The notes under the pieces: generated by a model
Told to the model about the DNA's origin: nothing
What the model saw: the letters and a program-made list of their open reading frames with translations, nothing else
The model's database searches: none
Assembly (NCBI GenBank): GCA_021432655.1
Contig: MU271192.1
Span: 124,001-188,000 of the forward strand
DNA length: 64,000 nucleotides
Direction of reading: 5' to 3'
From: Atractiella rhizophila
Taxonomy: Eukaryota
Translations under genes and position numbers: made by a program
Shown: positions 48,781 to 62,089 of the stretch, piece after piece
How positions within the stretch are numbered: position 1 is the first letter of the stretch
How the letters are laid out: each line of letters begins with the position of its first letter

Positions 48781-51700
48781 ATGTCGAAGAAAGTTGTCAC
48801 CAGTTGGTTGGAAACTACTGAGCCTGATGATGAGGACCGCGGTGGTCAGGATGAAGAGCTGGAAGATGCCATGTCAGACTGGGATAGCTTTGCGGGTAGC
48901 CACTTGCCCAGAGATATAAGAGCTGGTCGTACGGGAAAAAGGCGCCGGTTATTGGAGTTACTTATTAGTCGAGCAAATAGAGATGGTGAGAACTTCTTGC
49001 ACCTTGGTTCATTGGTTGAATGGTGTCATGGCAGAGCTTTCTCCAAAGCAGATCTCAGATGTACTCAAAGTTCTGCTTGCCGCTTATAATCTGCCCATGA
49101 AAGATGGAGACAGCCGTCGACTTTTGCGAGACTTTGTAGAAGCTGTACTGTCCGATCACACGTCTTCGAAAAGGGAGACGAGCGGAACTCCAGAAGACGA
49201 AAGAGCTGCCCGAATCAAGCTATGGGAAATGCTAGAGAAGTGGCTGGACAATACAGTCACCAGAAATAATGAAGCCCTGGCTGGGTGAGATCACTCTCAC
49301 TGAGAGTAAGGATAATGGCTGATCGGAGAGCCAGCTCCATCGAAGGGCGACTTTCGCTTTTGGCCTGGTCCTTGGTTTTACTTTCCACATCTCCAACGTT
49401 TCCGAAGACACCAAAATCGTTGCTCAATTCTATAACTCTTCTCTTCAATTCCTTGATTCTTTATAACGACGACACGGCAATACCCAAACGAACAGCCGTG
49501 CAACGAGAGATGAAGAGACAGCTGAGGCATTTCGAACGCCTTCTGAGACAGGTGAAGCTCTCTTCAGGTTATCGTCTTATATCTGAGAATCTGAGAAATT
49601 GACTGTTTTATAGAACGAAACAGTTGTGAATCTGTTGCTAGAGGATACACTTTCCTCCTCCAATATCTCAATTCAGCACGCTCCATTTCTTGGATTTCTG
49701 TTAAAACAAAAATCGATCTCTTCTGAGCCCCTCTCGCTGGCGCAGGCTTCAGCCGCCATCAACTTCCTCACCACACATATTTTCGGTTCCAAATTGGTTC
49801 TCAACCCTGCAACATATCTTACGCTCTTTGATGGCATTTTCAGCCTGAAAACCAAGTCACTGATCCAATTTGAGGCACACAAAGATATTTTCCCAACGAT
49901 TGAAAAGGCACTTCTTCGATCTCCCGAGATTGTCCTCCCTATCTGTTTCGATTTTTTTAGTCGTCTCATCACGCTTGGCCGAGGCCCAGAGGACATTGGA
50001 GATATTGAAGCTTGCCGACTCAAATTGGCACCGAGATTATTGGAGTGCTCAAAGTCTGCCAATCCAGTTGTCCGAACAAGTGTCATCAAACTTTACAACA
50101 TATTTTTCGATGCAGCATATGGCCGGAACTCTTATCCCAATGCCTTCGATGGGATTACTGTCATCCTCAAGACGGGCAAGACCGCTTCGCCTGAACATCG
50201 TCAAACTCTTCTCGAGATACTCAACACCACCTCGCCGATTCGAAAAGAAGAACAGGACGTTGCTTTAAACCATTCTGCCATCCTTGTGGACACAGCAGTC
50301 ACGGTATTGGCTAGAGAAAGTAACGATTTCTGCCTTAGGAGCTTAGCTGCAATTTTAGGCCATCACCTGAGTGTTCTTCTCGATTCTCGTCAAGAAAAGT
50401 GCCACTGGAAGCTGTCTCAAGATCAAGTTGCAGTCCTCGCAAAAGTTCTCAAGGAGTCGAAAAAGCATATTTGGAAAGGGATCTTGATCGCTTTGCTCGG
50501 TCGCAATGCCATGAATTCGAGTCGAATTAGAGATTCCCAAAATGTCAGTCTATCCAGCCACAAAGTCGATCTCTTGAAGGATCTCCTGCCAATCATGGAC
50601 ACAACTCTGAAGCCAGTTTATCAAGATGGCTTCTTGATGGCGCGAGATAACTGGCCAGACATTTTTATAGTCCTTTTCATCCTCCTTTCGGTATCCAACG
50701 CTCCCGAGCTGTCGAAGATTCCAGACGTGTCCTCCAGATTTGTGAAACCACCACTCTCCCCGGCTTCTCTCTTGTCGATACAACCGAAACCTAGCATCTT
50801 GTTGAATGAGAGAGTTTGGAAAAAGGTTTTGGGAGAACAATCTGAAGAAGAAATGTTCTTGTCGACTTTGGCAAAGGCGATCTTTCTCGCGGACCCAAAA
50901 GCATTGGAGAGAGAGAAAGTCCGGTCCGTATGTGTTTCTGCTCAGAACAATGATTGAAGAGAACTCCATAGACCAACAATCGGAATGCCCCTGGTACACT
51001 TGGCCTTGCTTAGTCCTCACTATGCCAACCGCCAAATGGCGCTCGATTTAATATCACAAATCATTCTACAGAACCCTCGACTAGGGAATTCAATTCTGGG
51101 TGATGGTTTACGAGAATGGCTTCTACAAGTGCGTGTCAGAATGCTGCTTAGCGTATCTCTAATCCATCTATCTGTGTATTCGCAGTATGAATCGAGCCCC
51201 GTGGCTTTCCTATCACTGAAAGAGGACGATGACTTACCGGTGCTTGGTCCAAGGTTGAACTCCATCCTTAGTAGAATTTCACAGTTGTCACCTAGTGTAC
51301 AATCTTCTGAAAAGGAGGAGTTACTGTTGCGATGGATCATAGTTGCTAACCACCCTTTGATCGGTGAGTGTGGGGGGATCGAGAGGACACACGCTGAACT
51401 ATAGGGGAGGTGGAAAATCGAGCAGTCCTTGGATTGAAATGCTCCAAACAGCCGGATTATCTCCTAGCGCCGCAATACAACGCAATATTGATCGACTTCT
51501 AGAAATCCTTTGGTCAACGGAACGAGAATTCGGGGTAACCTCTTTGATCACCTCTTGATCCATTGCTCATGTGTAGTAGAAACAAAGTCAGTGGTTCAGA
51601 TCAGCTGTATTCCGAGCGGCGGGCTTTCTCGCCTTGGCCGCTCCAGAAGTCGCAGTGCCAAAATTCGTCGAAACAGTCATTTCCGATCTCACTCCTGATA

Positions 51701-54700
51701 AGTACAGATTTGCAGGAAGTGAGGAGTGCGGCATATGGTTAACACCGGATGGGACGACTTATGTCGATGTGCTTTCGTCAAAACAAACCAACAGCAGCAC
51801 TACAAAAGACCAGAAACAAAAAGCTCTTGAAGAGTGGGAAGCGGAAATTCGACGATCAGTCGCTCAAAAGAAACCTCAAAGCACCACGGCTGTCTCTCTT
51901 TCAAAGGCTGACCAAGCACTGGTGAAGGCTCAACTAGTGAAAGAATCACAAGTACGAGAACGTGTTGACAACGCTCTTCGCACTGTCCTACGTGCATTTT
52001 CGGTCATCGATGCTTGCGTCGAGACCAATCCGGAGAGCCTGAAGCCCACATATCGGATCGCTTGTGCAGCTTTTGTTGGGCATCTTTCAGTTGGAAATTT
52101 CCCGATTGATCGCAAACCAAGCATTCTCTACGTTTCTTGTAAGTAAACCTGTATATTCAGCCGATACTAAGCTGTTGTGTAGCACATATCTACCGTATGC
52201 TCTTCAAAACTAGAGTCTTTCAGAACATTGCTAGCTTTAGCCATCCTACGCTGTTTTGGAACATCAATCCTCCCATCAGATTATCTTGCGGAAGATCTGG
52301 GCTGTAAGTCACTATTGCAGTACAACACAAAGCCCCCGAAATGATTGCCGAGGATAGCGCTCGTTACAAGAGTTTTTATACCGATTGAGATTTCTCGCGG
52401 AAAGACAGGCTTTTGACGTCGGAACATTCTCTGTTGCCTTGCAATTGGTTCAGAGAGTCATCACAGAAGGTGGCCAAGGCCTGGGTCGAGAAGCTACAGA
52501 TGAAGCGTACGAACAAATCACGTTGGCTGTGGATTTTATTTCTTTTCATGGCCGTTCTTGTAAGTGGTCAACTTTGAAGCGTTCGCATGCTCAGTTTCGT
52601 TTCCAGGCAGCAATTCTGCTTTTCCTCGAGTAGTGATCATCCAAACTCTCATAAAGGTTCTCTCCACATATCCTCAGCTGGTCAGAACAGCAAACGCAGC
52701 GTTAGAGGACGTAGCCAGCGCTTCTAAAGAGAATGCCTCAAATGAGGAAATTGAGGTATTATTACAGTCTTCAGCTACTGATCACGTGCAAGTCCGTCAA
52801 GCATGTGCCCAGGCTCTTTTAGTGAGGGCTCTATTGCGTATCTCAGACAGTGCTGATAGTCGCTAGGCCTTGGACTTAACAGATTTGACATGGTCACCTG
52901 AGCTTTGGATCTTGTGTCACGATTCGGATAGCAAGACTAAGCAGGCAGCAACCGAAGTGTGGGAAGAAAATGGTTTAGATGTGCCTGCTGAAGAAGTCCT
53001 TGTCCTCGTTAAATATCTGGGTGCGTCATTTTGATGATGCTCTATTCCCTAACACGAACCTTAGAATCCACGTCCGCTGTTGTTCGAGATTCTGCTGCAC
53101 ACAGTATCGCTACAGCCGTCACATTGTACCCAGAGCAAGTAGACGACGTTCTAACAGCTTTGGTGGGCTTGTACCAAGTGAAAGTACGTGGCTTTTTTTG
53201 ACTTTGTTAACGCTCAAGGCGATACAAGAACAAACCACTTGGAATCGAATACGACAAGTAGGCATGACATCAGCTGGATATGTTGTAGGCTGAACGGTGC
53301 TTCAGGTTCGGGATGGTGATCGAAGCTTCTTTGGATCGTCAAGACCCATGGAAAGAAAGGCGTGCGATCGCTTTGAGCTTGGGGCTTCTTGCTTCGTCAT
53401 ACACAACATCCAATGTGCGCCAGGTCTTTTCTCTATTGCTTAAAGGCGATGGTTTGGGGGATCGAAACGAAGAAGTGCGAAAAGAGATGCTAACCGTGGG
53501 TTTTTAATTCTGACCTGAGTGAGTTGCCTTCTCACCGCTCTCCTTCAGGCGGCAAGTGCCATCATCGATGCTCATGGAAAGGCACAACTGCAAGAGTTGA
53601 TCGCAACCTTCGAGGCTCACCTTCAAGATGACAAAAAAAGTTCAGCAACATCGGATCATGTCACTGAAGGGGTTGTGATCCTCTTTGGGCGACTCGCGAG
53701 GCATCTAGAAGCTGGGGATCCGCGCGTGGCTATGGTGACTGCGAGGTTGTTGGAGGCTCTGAGGACCCCGTCTGAGATCGTTCAAAACGCTGTATCAGCT
53801 TGCCTACCTCCTCTTGTTCCCGACCGGAATGACGAATCCACCAACCTGGTCGAAACTCTGCTGCGGCGTTGTCTTTCAGACGACACCTATGCAGAAAGGA
53901 GAGGAGCAGCGTACGGTCTCGCAGGAGCCATCAAAGGTAAGCAAAACACATATAGGGCAGCACTGTTCTGAATATTCGTCTTTTAGGTCGCGGGGTGTCT
54001 ACAATAAAAGAACTGGACCTAATTTCAAGGCTTAAAGTGGCTGCAGAAGACAAGAAGACGTCGACGAGGAGACAAGGCGCTATCTTTGCCTTCGAAATCA
54101 TGTCGGAGGCTTTGGGCCGTTTGTTCGAACCCTATATTATCGAAATCATTCCGACTCTCCTTACATGCCTAGGCGACGCCGCGAAGGATGTTCAGGAAGC
54201 AACACAAGCGGCTGCGAACATTGTGATGAGAGGTCTCAGTGGCCACGGAGTCAAACTCATCCTGCCTTCACTCCTAGATGCTTTGGACGAGAAACAATGG
54301 CGACCAAAGAAGGGTGCTATTGACCTCATGGGGTCGATGGCCAATTTGGCACCACGTCAGCTAGCCGAGTCTCTCCCAACGATCATTCCTAAGTTGACGG
54401 CTGTTTTGACCGACACTCACAAAGCGGTAAAGGAAGCTGCTAACAAGAGTTTGAAAAGGCTCGGTGATGTCTGTCGTCGATATTGACTACTAGCCCTTGT
54501 ACTGACATATCCTTTAGGTTATCACCAGTCCTGAAATCCGCAACATGCAAAACATTCTACTCGATGCCCTTGTGGACCCTACAAAGAAAACCGCTAAAGC
54601 GTTAGAAACATTATTAACGACGACATTTGTTCACTATATTGATGGCCCCGCTCTGGCACTTGTGAGTTTTTATCTGACTGATAGTTCAAGATTTATTTAA

Positions 54701-57700
54701 CCCTCATTAGGTTATTCCCATCCTCGACAGGGGATTGAAAGAGAGGTCCTCTGAAATCAAGCGCAAATCATCTCAGATAGTGGGACAGATTGCGTCTCTC
54801 ACAGAAGCCGATGATATTGCTGCCTATCTGAATGAACTTGTCCCTCGAGTGAGGGAGGTCCTTGTGGACCCAGTACCAGGTTCATCTTCTATTCCTTATA
54901 CGTCTACCTATCCTAATCTCTGCGACAGAGGCGCGTGCTACTGCTGCAAAGGCTTTTGGCAGCCTTGTGGAACGTTTGGGAGAAGAAAAATTTCCCGATC
55001 TACTGGACTCTCTTCTAGCTGTTTTGAAATCCGATGCCTCGGGTGTAGATCAACAAGGAGCTGCTCAAGGCGTGTCAGAGATTTTGGCTGGATTGGGGTT
55101 ACATCGCCTCGAAGAAATGCTTCCCAGTATTATTGAGAACACCGCTAATAATCGTCCATACGGTAAGGAGGCTTTACTGTAGCACTCTAGCTCACGCTGC
55201 GGACAGTGCGGGAAGGTTATATGTCACTCTTGGTCTTTCTTCCAGCAACATTTGGTGATCGATTCTCCCCTTACCTTGCTTCCATTATTCCCCCAGTCCT
55301 CTCTGGTCTGGCTGACGATTCGGAGAACGTACGAGAAGCTAGCATGAGATGTGGAAGGATGATCGTGTCCAGTCACTCAAATAGAGCTGTTGAGCTTCTA
55401 CTTCCGGAGTTGGAGAACCAGCTTTTCAGCGAGAACTGGCGCATACGGCACAGGTAAAGCAACCTTACAGCACACCTCTTCAGAGCTAAGAGTACGATGG
55501 CAGCTCCGTCCAGCTGTTAGGAGACCTATTATTCCGGCTCTCGGGCATCAGCGGGAAAGCAGAGATGGATACCGAGGAAGACGTCGAAGACAGCACCGTT
55601 GAACCATCCAAGAAAGCTTTGTTGGATGCACTTGGGAAGGAACGGAGAGACAAAGTGCTTGCCTCACTTTTCATCGTTCGACAGGATTCTGTTGGTGTCA
55701 TCCGGCAGGCGGCAATCCATGTTTGGAAAGCTTTGGTGTCGAACACGCCTCGCACTATTCGGGATATTTTACGCATACTCAGTGCGTCTACCCTTTCAGA
55801 TGGCCGTGAACCCCCTCATCGGTTTGTAGTGCAACTTTTAATCCGTTCATTGGCAAATTCCGGACGTGAACAGCGTCAGGTGCGTCCGAATCATCTACAC
55901 TTCTTCATGAGTAGTGCTCAAAAGCGCAAGAATAGACGGCCGCTCGTTGCATGGGCGAGACCTGCCGAAAGCTAGGAGAGGTAGGCGTCTCTCAAGTGTT
56001 ATGTGGCCAGAACTCAGTCAGGCAATGCAGGTGTTGATGAGGGAAGTGATAGCAATATTACAGAAAGCCCTACAATCCGACAGTGCTGCTACCCGTGAAG
56101 GTGCCTGCTTGGCCTTAGCTGAGTTAATGGCCAACGTCATGAAGTCCCAGTTGGAGCCACTTGAGGATGACATTATTGCCTGCATTCGTGGAGGTTCGTG
56201 CTTTCGCATCATGACGACGGTACTTTCTAATAGTATTTATCAGCTCTCGTGGATGGTGAACCGACTGTCCGAGTTGCAGCAGCCAAAGCTTTTGACCTTG
56301 CCCAAGTTCATATCGGATCGCGATCTATCGATGAAACCATACCTACACTGCTAGAAGCCTTGAGGCAACCGGGTGGAAACTCAGAGGCTGCTTTAGCAGC
56401 TTTAAGGGAGGTTATGGAAGTTCGAAGCACCGTCATCTTCCCTGTCCTCCTTCCCACCCTTCTTGCGAGACCGATATCCGCTTTCAACGCTCGAGCACTC
56501 GCTTCCCTTGTGACCGTCGCCGGCCCTGCCCTAACGAGAAGGATAAGCGACATTCTTGATGCCCTAAAAGATGAACTCTCAGCATGCGATAACGAAGAAA
56601 CGAAAAGGGAATTAAATGATGCCTTATCAGCAGTGCTATCTTCGGTTCAGGAACGAGATGCTCTGTATGGCCTCATGATGGTGTGTTTCATTCGTTATTT
56701 TGCTATTCACTGATCACGAAAGCAGCATCTTCTTGGGCTGGCGAAATCTAACCGACCAGAACAGCGGGTCATTGGGTGCCAGCTCTTCAAACAGTTCTGC
56801 CAGGTTGCCAGTATGCGGTTCAGCCAATATCGAGTGGACTGGATTCGGCAGCTGGTGTCCTTGTTTGGTGATGCGGTAGCTACCGTCGTGGAAGAGGCGT
56901 GGAATGCATTGGATGAGCTCGTGAAGCGGATTCCAAAAGAGGAGATGAACGAGCTAGTGTCCCCTTTGCGCAGAACGATAGAGGGGACTGGCACACCTGG
57001 AGTTGACCTGCCTGGTTTCTGTCGACCAAATGGCCTAAAACCTGTTTTGCGTGGGTCACCTATTACGTTCAAGAAACGTCACCTTACTTGTCCACAGCGA
57101 TTTTGCTTCAAGCTCTGCTGACAGGCACACCCGAACAACGAGAGCAAGCCGCTTTGGGGTTAGGTGATGTTGTTGAACGCACTTCCGAAGGAGCCATAAA
57201 GGTTCGGAACATTGGAACTGCTTGAGGTAACTGACATGTAAGCTCGTAGGCGTTCGTAGTTCAGTTAACTGGACCGCTGATACGTATCATCGGAGATCGT
57301 TTTCCGGCGCCTGTCAAAACGGCCATCTTGAACACTTTAACTTCTCTACTTCAACGAGTTCCTGCCTTTGTTCGGCCATTTTTCCCGCAGCTACAAAGGA
57401 CATTTTTGAAGAACTTGTCGGATCCTGCCAGTGCAGCAGTGCGAAGCGCATCCAGCCGAGCCTTGGGGGTACTCATGCGTCTCGGCACTCCCAATGCGGT
57501 CGTAACTGAGCTGACAGCGAGTGCGAGAGGAGCTGAAGAAGGGGAAGAAGACATTGGGAATAGTCTGATGAACGGACTGGCAGAAGTGGTGAAAAATGGC
57601 GGAGAGAAGATGAACGAGCAGAATTGGGAGGCTGTAATGGGCCTATTAGATGACACCTTTACCCAGCCGCAGTCAGGTAGGGAGTCTTCTGTCAAAACGT

Positions 57701-58098
57701 CTACCAGAAGCTGATGAAATGTCGTAGATGGGAGAGCAGCGGCTGCAGCACGACTTTTCGCTTCTGTGGCGGCTCATAAGCCAGACTCCCTGGTGCAGTT
57801 GCTTCAGTAAGTGACTGCTTTCAACAGGATTGATTCTGAGGCTGCAAGCAGGGAGCATATCCTCCTCCCGAATCCACCGACCCCCATCGCCTGTCTTTCA
57901 ATTCAAGAGACGGTGGAAACTGCGCCGAAGGCCTTCTACGACTTAAACCTGAGTTCAGACATAGTGGCGACAGTTGTAAGAAACGGGACAGGCAACCAAC
58001 CTCACGTTATTTCAACCCCGACAAAAGGAACCATCAGGCTCATGCGAGATACACCTCCATGGGCAGACGACAATGATGTATTAGACGCACTTAACTAG
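48781..58098 (+). CDS. GCN1: Translational activator Gcn1 (HEAT repeats), with two apparent 1-nt insertions
   Basis: [130 protein letters not shown]. Confidence 0.96.
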
Positions 58099-58141
58099 GC
58101 ACAAAAATACATTTCATGTATGACAGGGATCAGGAAAATGG

Positions 58142-60121
58142 TCATGAAATGCCCTCAACTTCCCGTTGATGTACCCACGCATCATCTCTCGTTACGACGT
58201 GTAACGTCAGATCTCTTTTAGGATTTCGATCAAGTTTATGCCTTGGTCGACTCCCCCTTTGGTTGAGAAACCAGTGAACAAAATTGCTGCCCTTGAGCTT
58301 TCGAGCAGCCACGTGACATTCCTCATCAGAGCGGAAGGTGATCATTGCTTGTGTAAAATTGAAAGCAAGACTTGTATGCCTGACCTTTGCGATAAGTGAT
58401 CGAATTTTTGTTTCCCTAAAAATAAAATCCAGCAGATCGCTTGGTTTTGCCGAGTGCTGACCCCAGTTTACAGGGTAAACGAGTAGCTTGAAAGTGGATT
58501 GACACCATAGGTCGGTGGCCATGAGATCATGATCCAGATCTTGGTCTTTCAGGGAATCTATTGCCCAATGATCTATACAGCCAAATAGAATAGGGAAACC
58601 GGCGTACTGTACTTGTTCTTGTAGTTTGCACGCTCAGTGTTTGGGACGCGCTGAGGTTTTAGTTCTTTCAGATCATCACCTTCCATCTTCGGCAACACGT
58701 TGGAATCTCTGTCTAAGCGAACGCGGTTCAGCGTCGGGAGGAAACAAGATGAGATGCTGCGTACTCCAATGATTCCAATCGTATGCTTCTCCATTTGGGA
58801 GAATCTCGACGCCGTCCAGATGCCAATAGCCTCTCTTTAGTTGTTTTATACCTAGGATGGTTTTCTGGCGGATAAGGGCATCACAAACATCTCTTGTTGT
58901 CCTCGCGTTTCCGCACCTCAACAGAACCAGCGGTTGCCTCGGATGGCGACGCCAAAAGCAGGGACATAACTGTTGGACACTGAAGGTGGTGAGGCCAGAT
59001 CGCGCGGAGGTCGTGTGGGTGTCCAGCGGCGCGAAGACAAAGTCACAAATGTTCTTTGGCGGGAACACTGGGTCAGAGAGAAGCATGAGAATATGCATTT
59101 GTGCATCCTGCTCCACCGGAGTTGAAGGAGGTATGCGTAGCGGAACGAGATTACCGCTGTTGGTCGAAATGGAGAGTTAGAGAGCAAAGTTGCGTGAGGA
59201 ATAAAGCTCACAATCCATCTTGATCCATTTCTTCTATTTCTTCGTCATTGACTGTTGAGTCTAAATATTGTGGAGTTTCTGGCTTCAGTTCATCAATCTT
59301 TTCGTCTTCGTCCAAGACATCCATGGCGGAGAGGCGACTTTGGTTGGCCGTTGAGACGCCTGCAGCCTCCTGAGAAGAGTAAACATAGAACAGATAATAT
59401 TGACGAGCCTTGGCGCGGGGCTGCCAACAGGTTTTCATCCTCATCTGCTTCGTTCTCGCTATACAAGTCCATCGCTCGTTGACGATGGCGATGAAGTACA
59501 GGAGGTTCTATTGACTGTCAGAGAGTCGAGAATCATCGTTGTGACGCAGAAACGCACCGCAATGGCGGACAACCGCTTCCACCTCATTTTCGTCCTCCGT
59601 CAAGAAATCATCCCAGTTGATCTGTTCCTTCTGGCTCTCGATATATGCGTCCCTCTCCGCAACATTCGCAAATCCCAGTAGGGCAAAGTCTCGAACGACC
59701 GTGTCGACAGGATGTTGATATTCGAAGAGTTTTTTCCTGGTGATCACATCGGGGTTGGGATAACGGAATGGCTCCTCCTCTTCCTCTTCAGAACTCTCTA
59801 CTACCCTCTTGTTTCTATTGCGAGCCCTTTTCTCTTTCCCTTTCCTTTTCGCCTTCCTTTTACTTTTGCTGTTAGTCTTGGATCCAGATCCACGATCCTC
59901 CTCCTCCTCAAATGAACTCTGGGCAGAGGAGCTCTGCCTGTACTCCTCGTCGCTTCCCAGCTCATCCTCCTCCTCTTCATCATCAGACGTCACAGATCTG
60001 CTTCGATTTATGATAGCGTTAGCCTGTTCGTTGGTAGCTTGTTTTGCTAATTGTAATAGGCGGTTTGGTTTCCGTCGTTTAGGAGGAGGCTGAGGATCAG
60101 TTGGAGGTGTGCTCCTTCGCC
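58142..60121 (-). CDS. Hypothetical protein with acidic/Lys-rich N-terminal half and possible degenerate RRM-like C-terminal domains; 5' end not defined
   Basis: Successive spliceable minus-strand ORFs (59508-60121, 59208-59370, about 58800-59100, 58142-58522). FKLLVYPV and QAMITFRSDEECHVAARKLKG resemble RNP2/RNP1. Confidence 0.55.
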
Positions 60122-60867
60122 TATAAGCACGCTTTTAGCATCTGCAATCAAGACACTGGATTCAAGCCTGAAGGTCATGGGGCAATCTGAGTCTCCATTG
60201 TCTGTTTGCGAATGGATAATGCCCTGGTAATGATATACTTCAGTGGGGATTTATTACTTTAGCTTCAATATTGACAAGTTCATATTATGTTGTTTGGAAG
60301 ACAACAAACTTCAAGTTGAAAGCTTGCGGTGCCAGCAAAAGCTTCAAACTGGGAGCCAAGGGGTAGCTTTCTAGCTCCCAGGTTCGGAGGCAGAGAGTCA
60401 AGCAGACGGCCTCACCTTGACCTAGAATCACTCATTTCAAGCATTGATTCCCAGTTTCTTCCAATCAATCGTTCATCCAACTCAGGCGCACTGCTTGAAG
60501 ACATCATCAACTGTCATCATATCTAGACGTATCTTCCTTTCTTAAGCTGCTAGTGCATCATGCACGATGCTTCACGATGCTTCATGATAGGAACCATGAA
60601 TGGATGGAGAGTATGCGTCTCATTCAAATGAACAAAGCATGGGGCAGTTGACTTTGATTTTCCTTCAGTGTCATTGCTGGACAACATGCCGGAAATACCA
60701 GAATAGGGAACAACTTGAAAGAGTCGAATACCATTATACCGAGATCTTTCGAGGGTATAGAGCCTACGACAAAGAAACAAAATGTCTCGGGTGACTGTCA
60801 TGAATGTGAGTAGATCGCTCTTCTTTATAAATGAATAGGCATACGAAGCAACGAAGACAATAAAAAA

Positions 60868-61678
60868 TCAATGACATGACATCCCCTTTGCATCAGCTCC
60901 AGCCTCGACCTCTTTGGAAAAGAAGGCGAAATGGCCAACAAACCCTCCCCTACATCACTGTCGTCGTTAGTCTCGTGGTGGTGATAGAAAAAAGATACGG
61001 CTTACGCGAGGACCGCCAGTATCAGAAATCCGTTGTACGACATGATTATGAGCATGAGATAGAACTTGTTACTCGCGCATGAGTCCTCGAATACTGGAGG
61101 GTGTGAAGAATGTGCTCACAGAAATCGCGACGTTTAAAACATACCAAAGGGAGCGCAGCGCTCGTGTTCGCTTGTCCAACCTGGATAGATCCTCAGCCCG
61201 CATGAAGATAAGTCAGCATAAGAGAAACTGACACATCCTCAACAGAGACCCTTCCCCTCCCGAGCAAGCTCTCATCGCTGGCACTCAAATCCGGCAGCCC
61301 AGCGTTCCTATCTCTCTTCTTATCGCTCAGCCTGCTCCTCTTCAGCTCGGCCAGTGTTTTATCGAGGACTGAAGCCCGTTTCCGGGAATATTCATAGAGG
61401 ACACCAATGGTGAAGATGAGGAGGAGTGACAAGGGGAAGCTGGCAGAATCCCTGGAGCTGATTTGAAGGAAGGGAAAGACGAGGCAAATGCCAGAAGGGT
61501 CCCAGTGAAAGGACATATTCATCTACTCATTCCGACCATATCTCAGCCTTATTTGCTTGCATAATTATACCTGAACACGCACCGCACACATCTTCATGTC
61601 TCCATGATCCATTCCGCCGCCATGATCTCCTCCAGGCATGTCGTGCCCTCCGTGTCCCCCATGATCTCCGTGATCCAT
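60868..61678 (-). CDS. Ctr-family copper transporter (Ctr2-like)
   Basis: His/Met-rich N-terminus MDHGDHGGHGGHDMPGGDHGGGMDHGDMKMC, MNMSFHWD, GVLYEY, MxxxM (YLMLIIMSYNG), GxxxG (GGFVGH), C-terminal MSCH. Confidence 0.92.
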
Positions 61679-62089
61679 CTCTACTGTTTCTCAAAGAATC
61701 ACCTGGTGTATGTCGCCTTCCTTTATCGCTGTAAGCAGCTGTATGGTCGTTAGGTCGAAATCGAGAGAGGAGAGTTACTGCGGTAGGAGAGTATATTATG
61801 ACCCAAAGTGGAACGGACGCATCGTACGCTGTTAGGGTACGCACATAAGTAACAACAAACTAACTTCTAACTGGACATTTTTTTCGTCAGCAACAAACTT
61901 GCGATTGACTATTCGTTTGCATACTCTGGCGGTCGCGAGCTGATGTACTGACTGGTTGCCCACCTCTAGTGAGTTTTCTCGCTTTGCTACGGTTGTTGCT
62001 GACCAAACTTAGGGCACACCTCCTACCTATGCGACCACAAGGATTCCTACGAAACCTAGCAGGTCAAGGAACGAATTTGCAAGCTTTGA

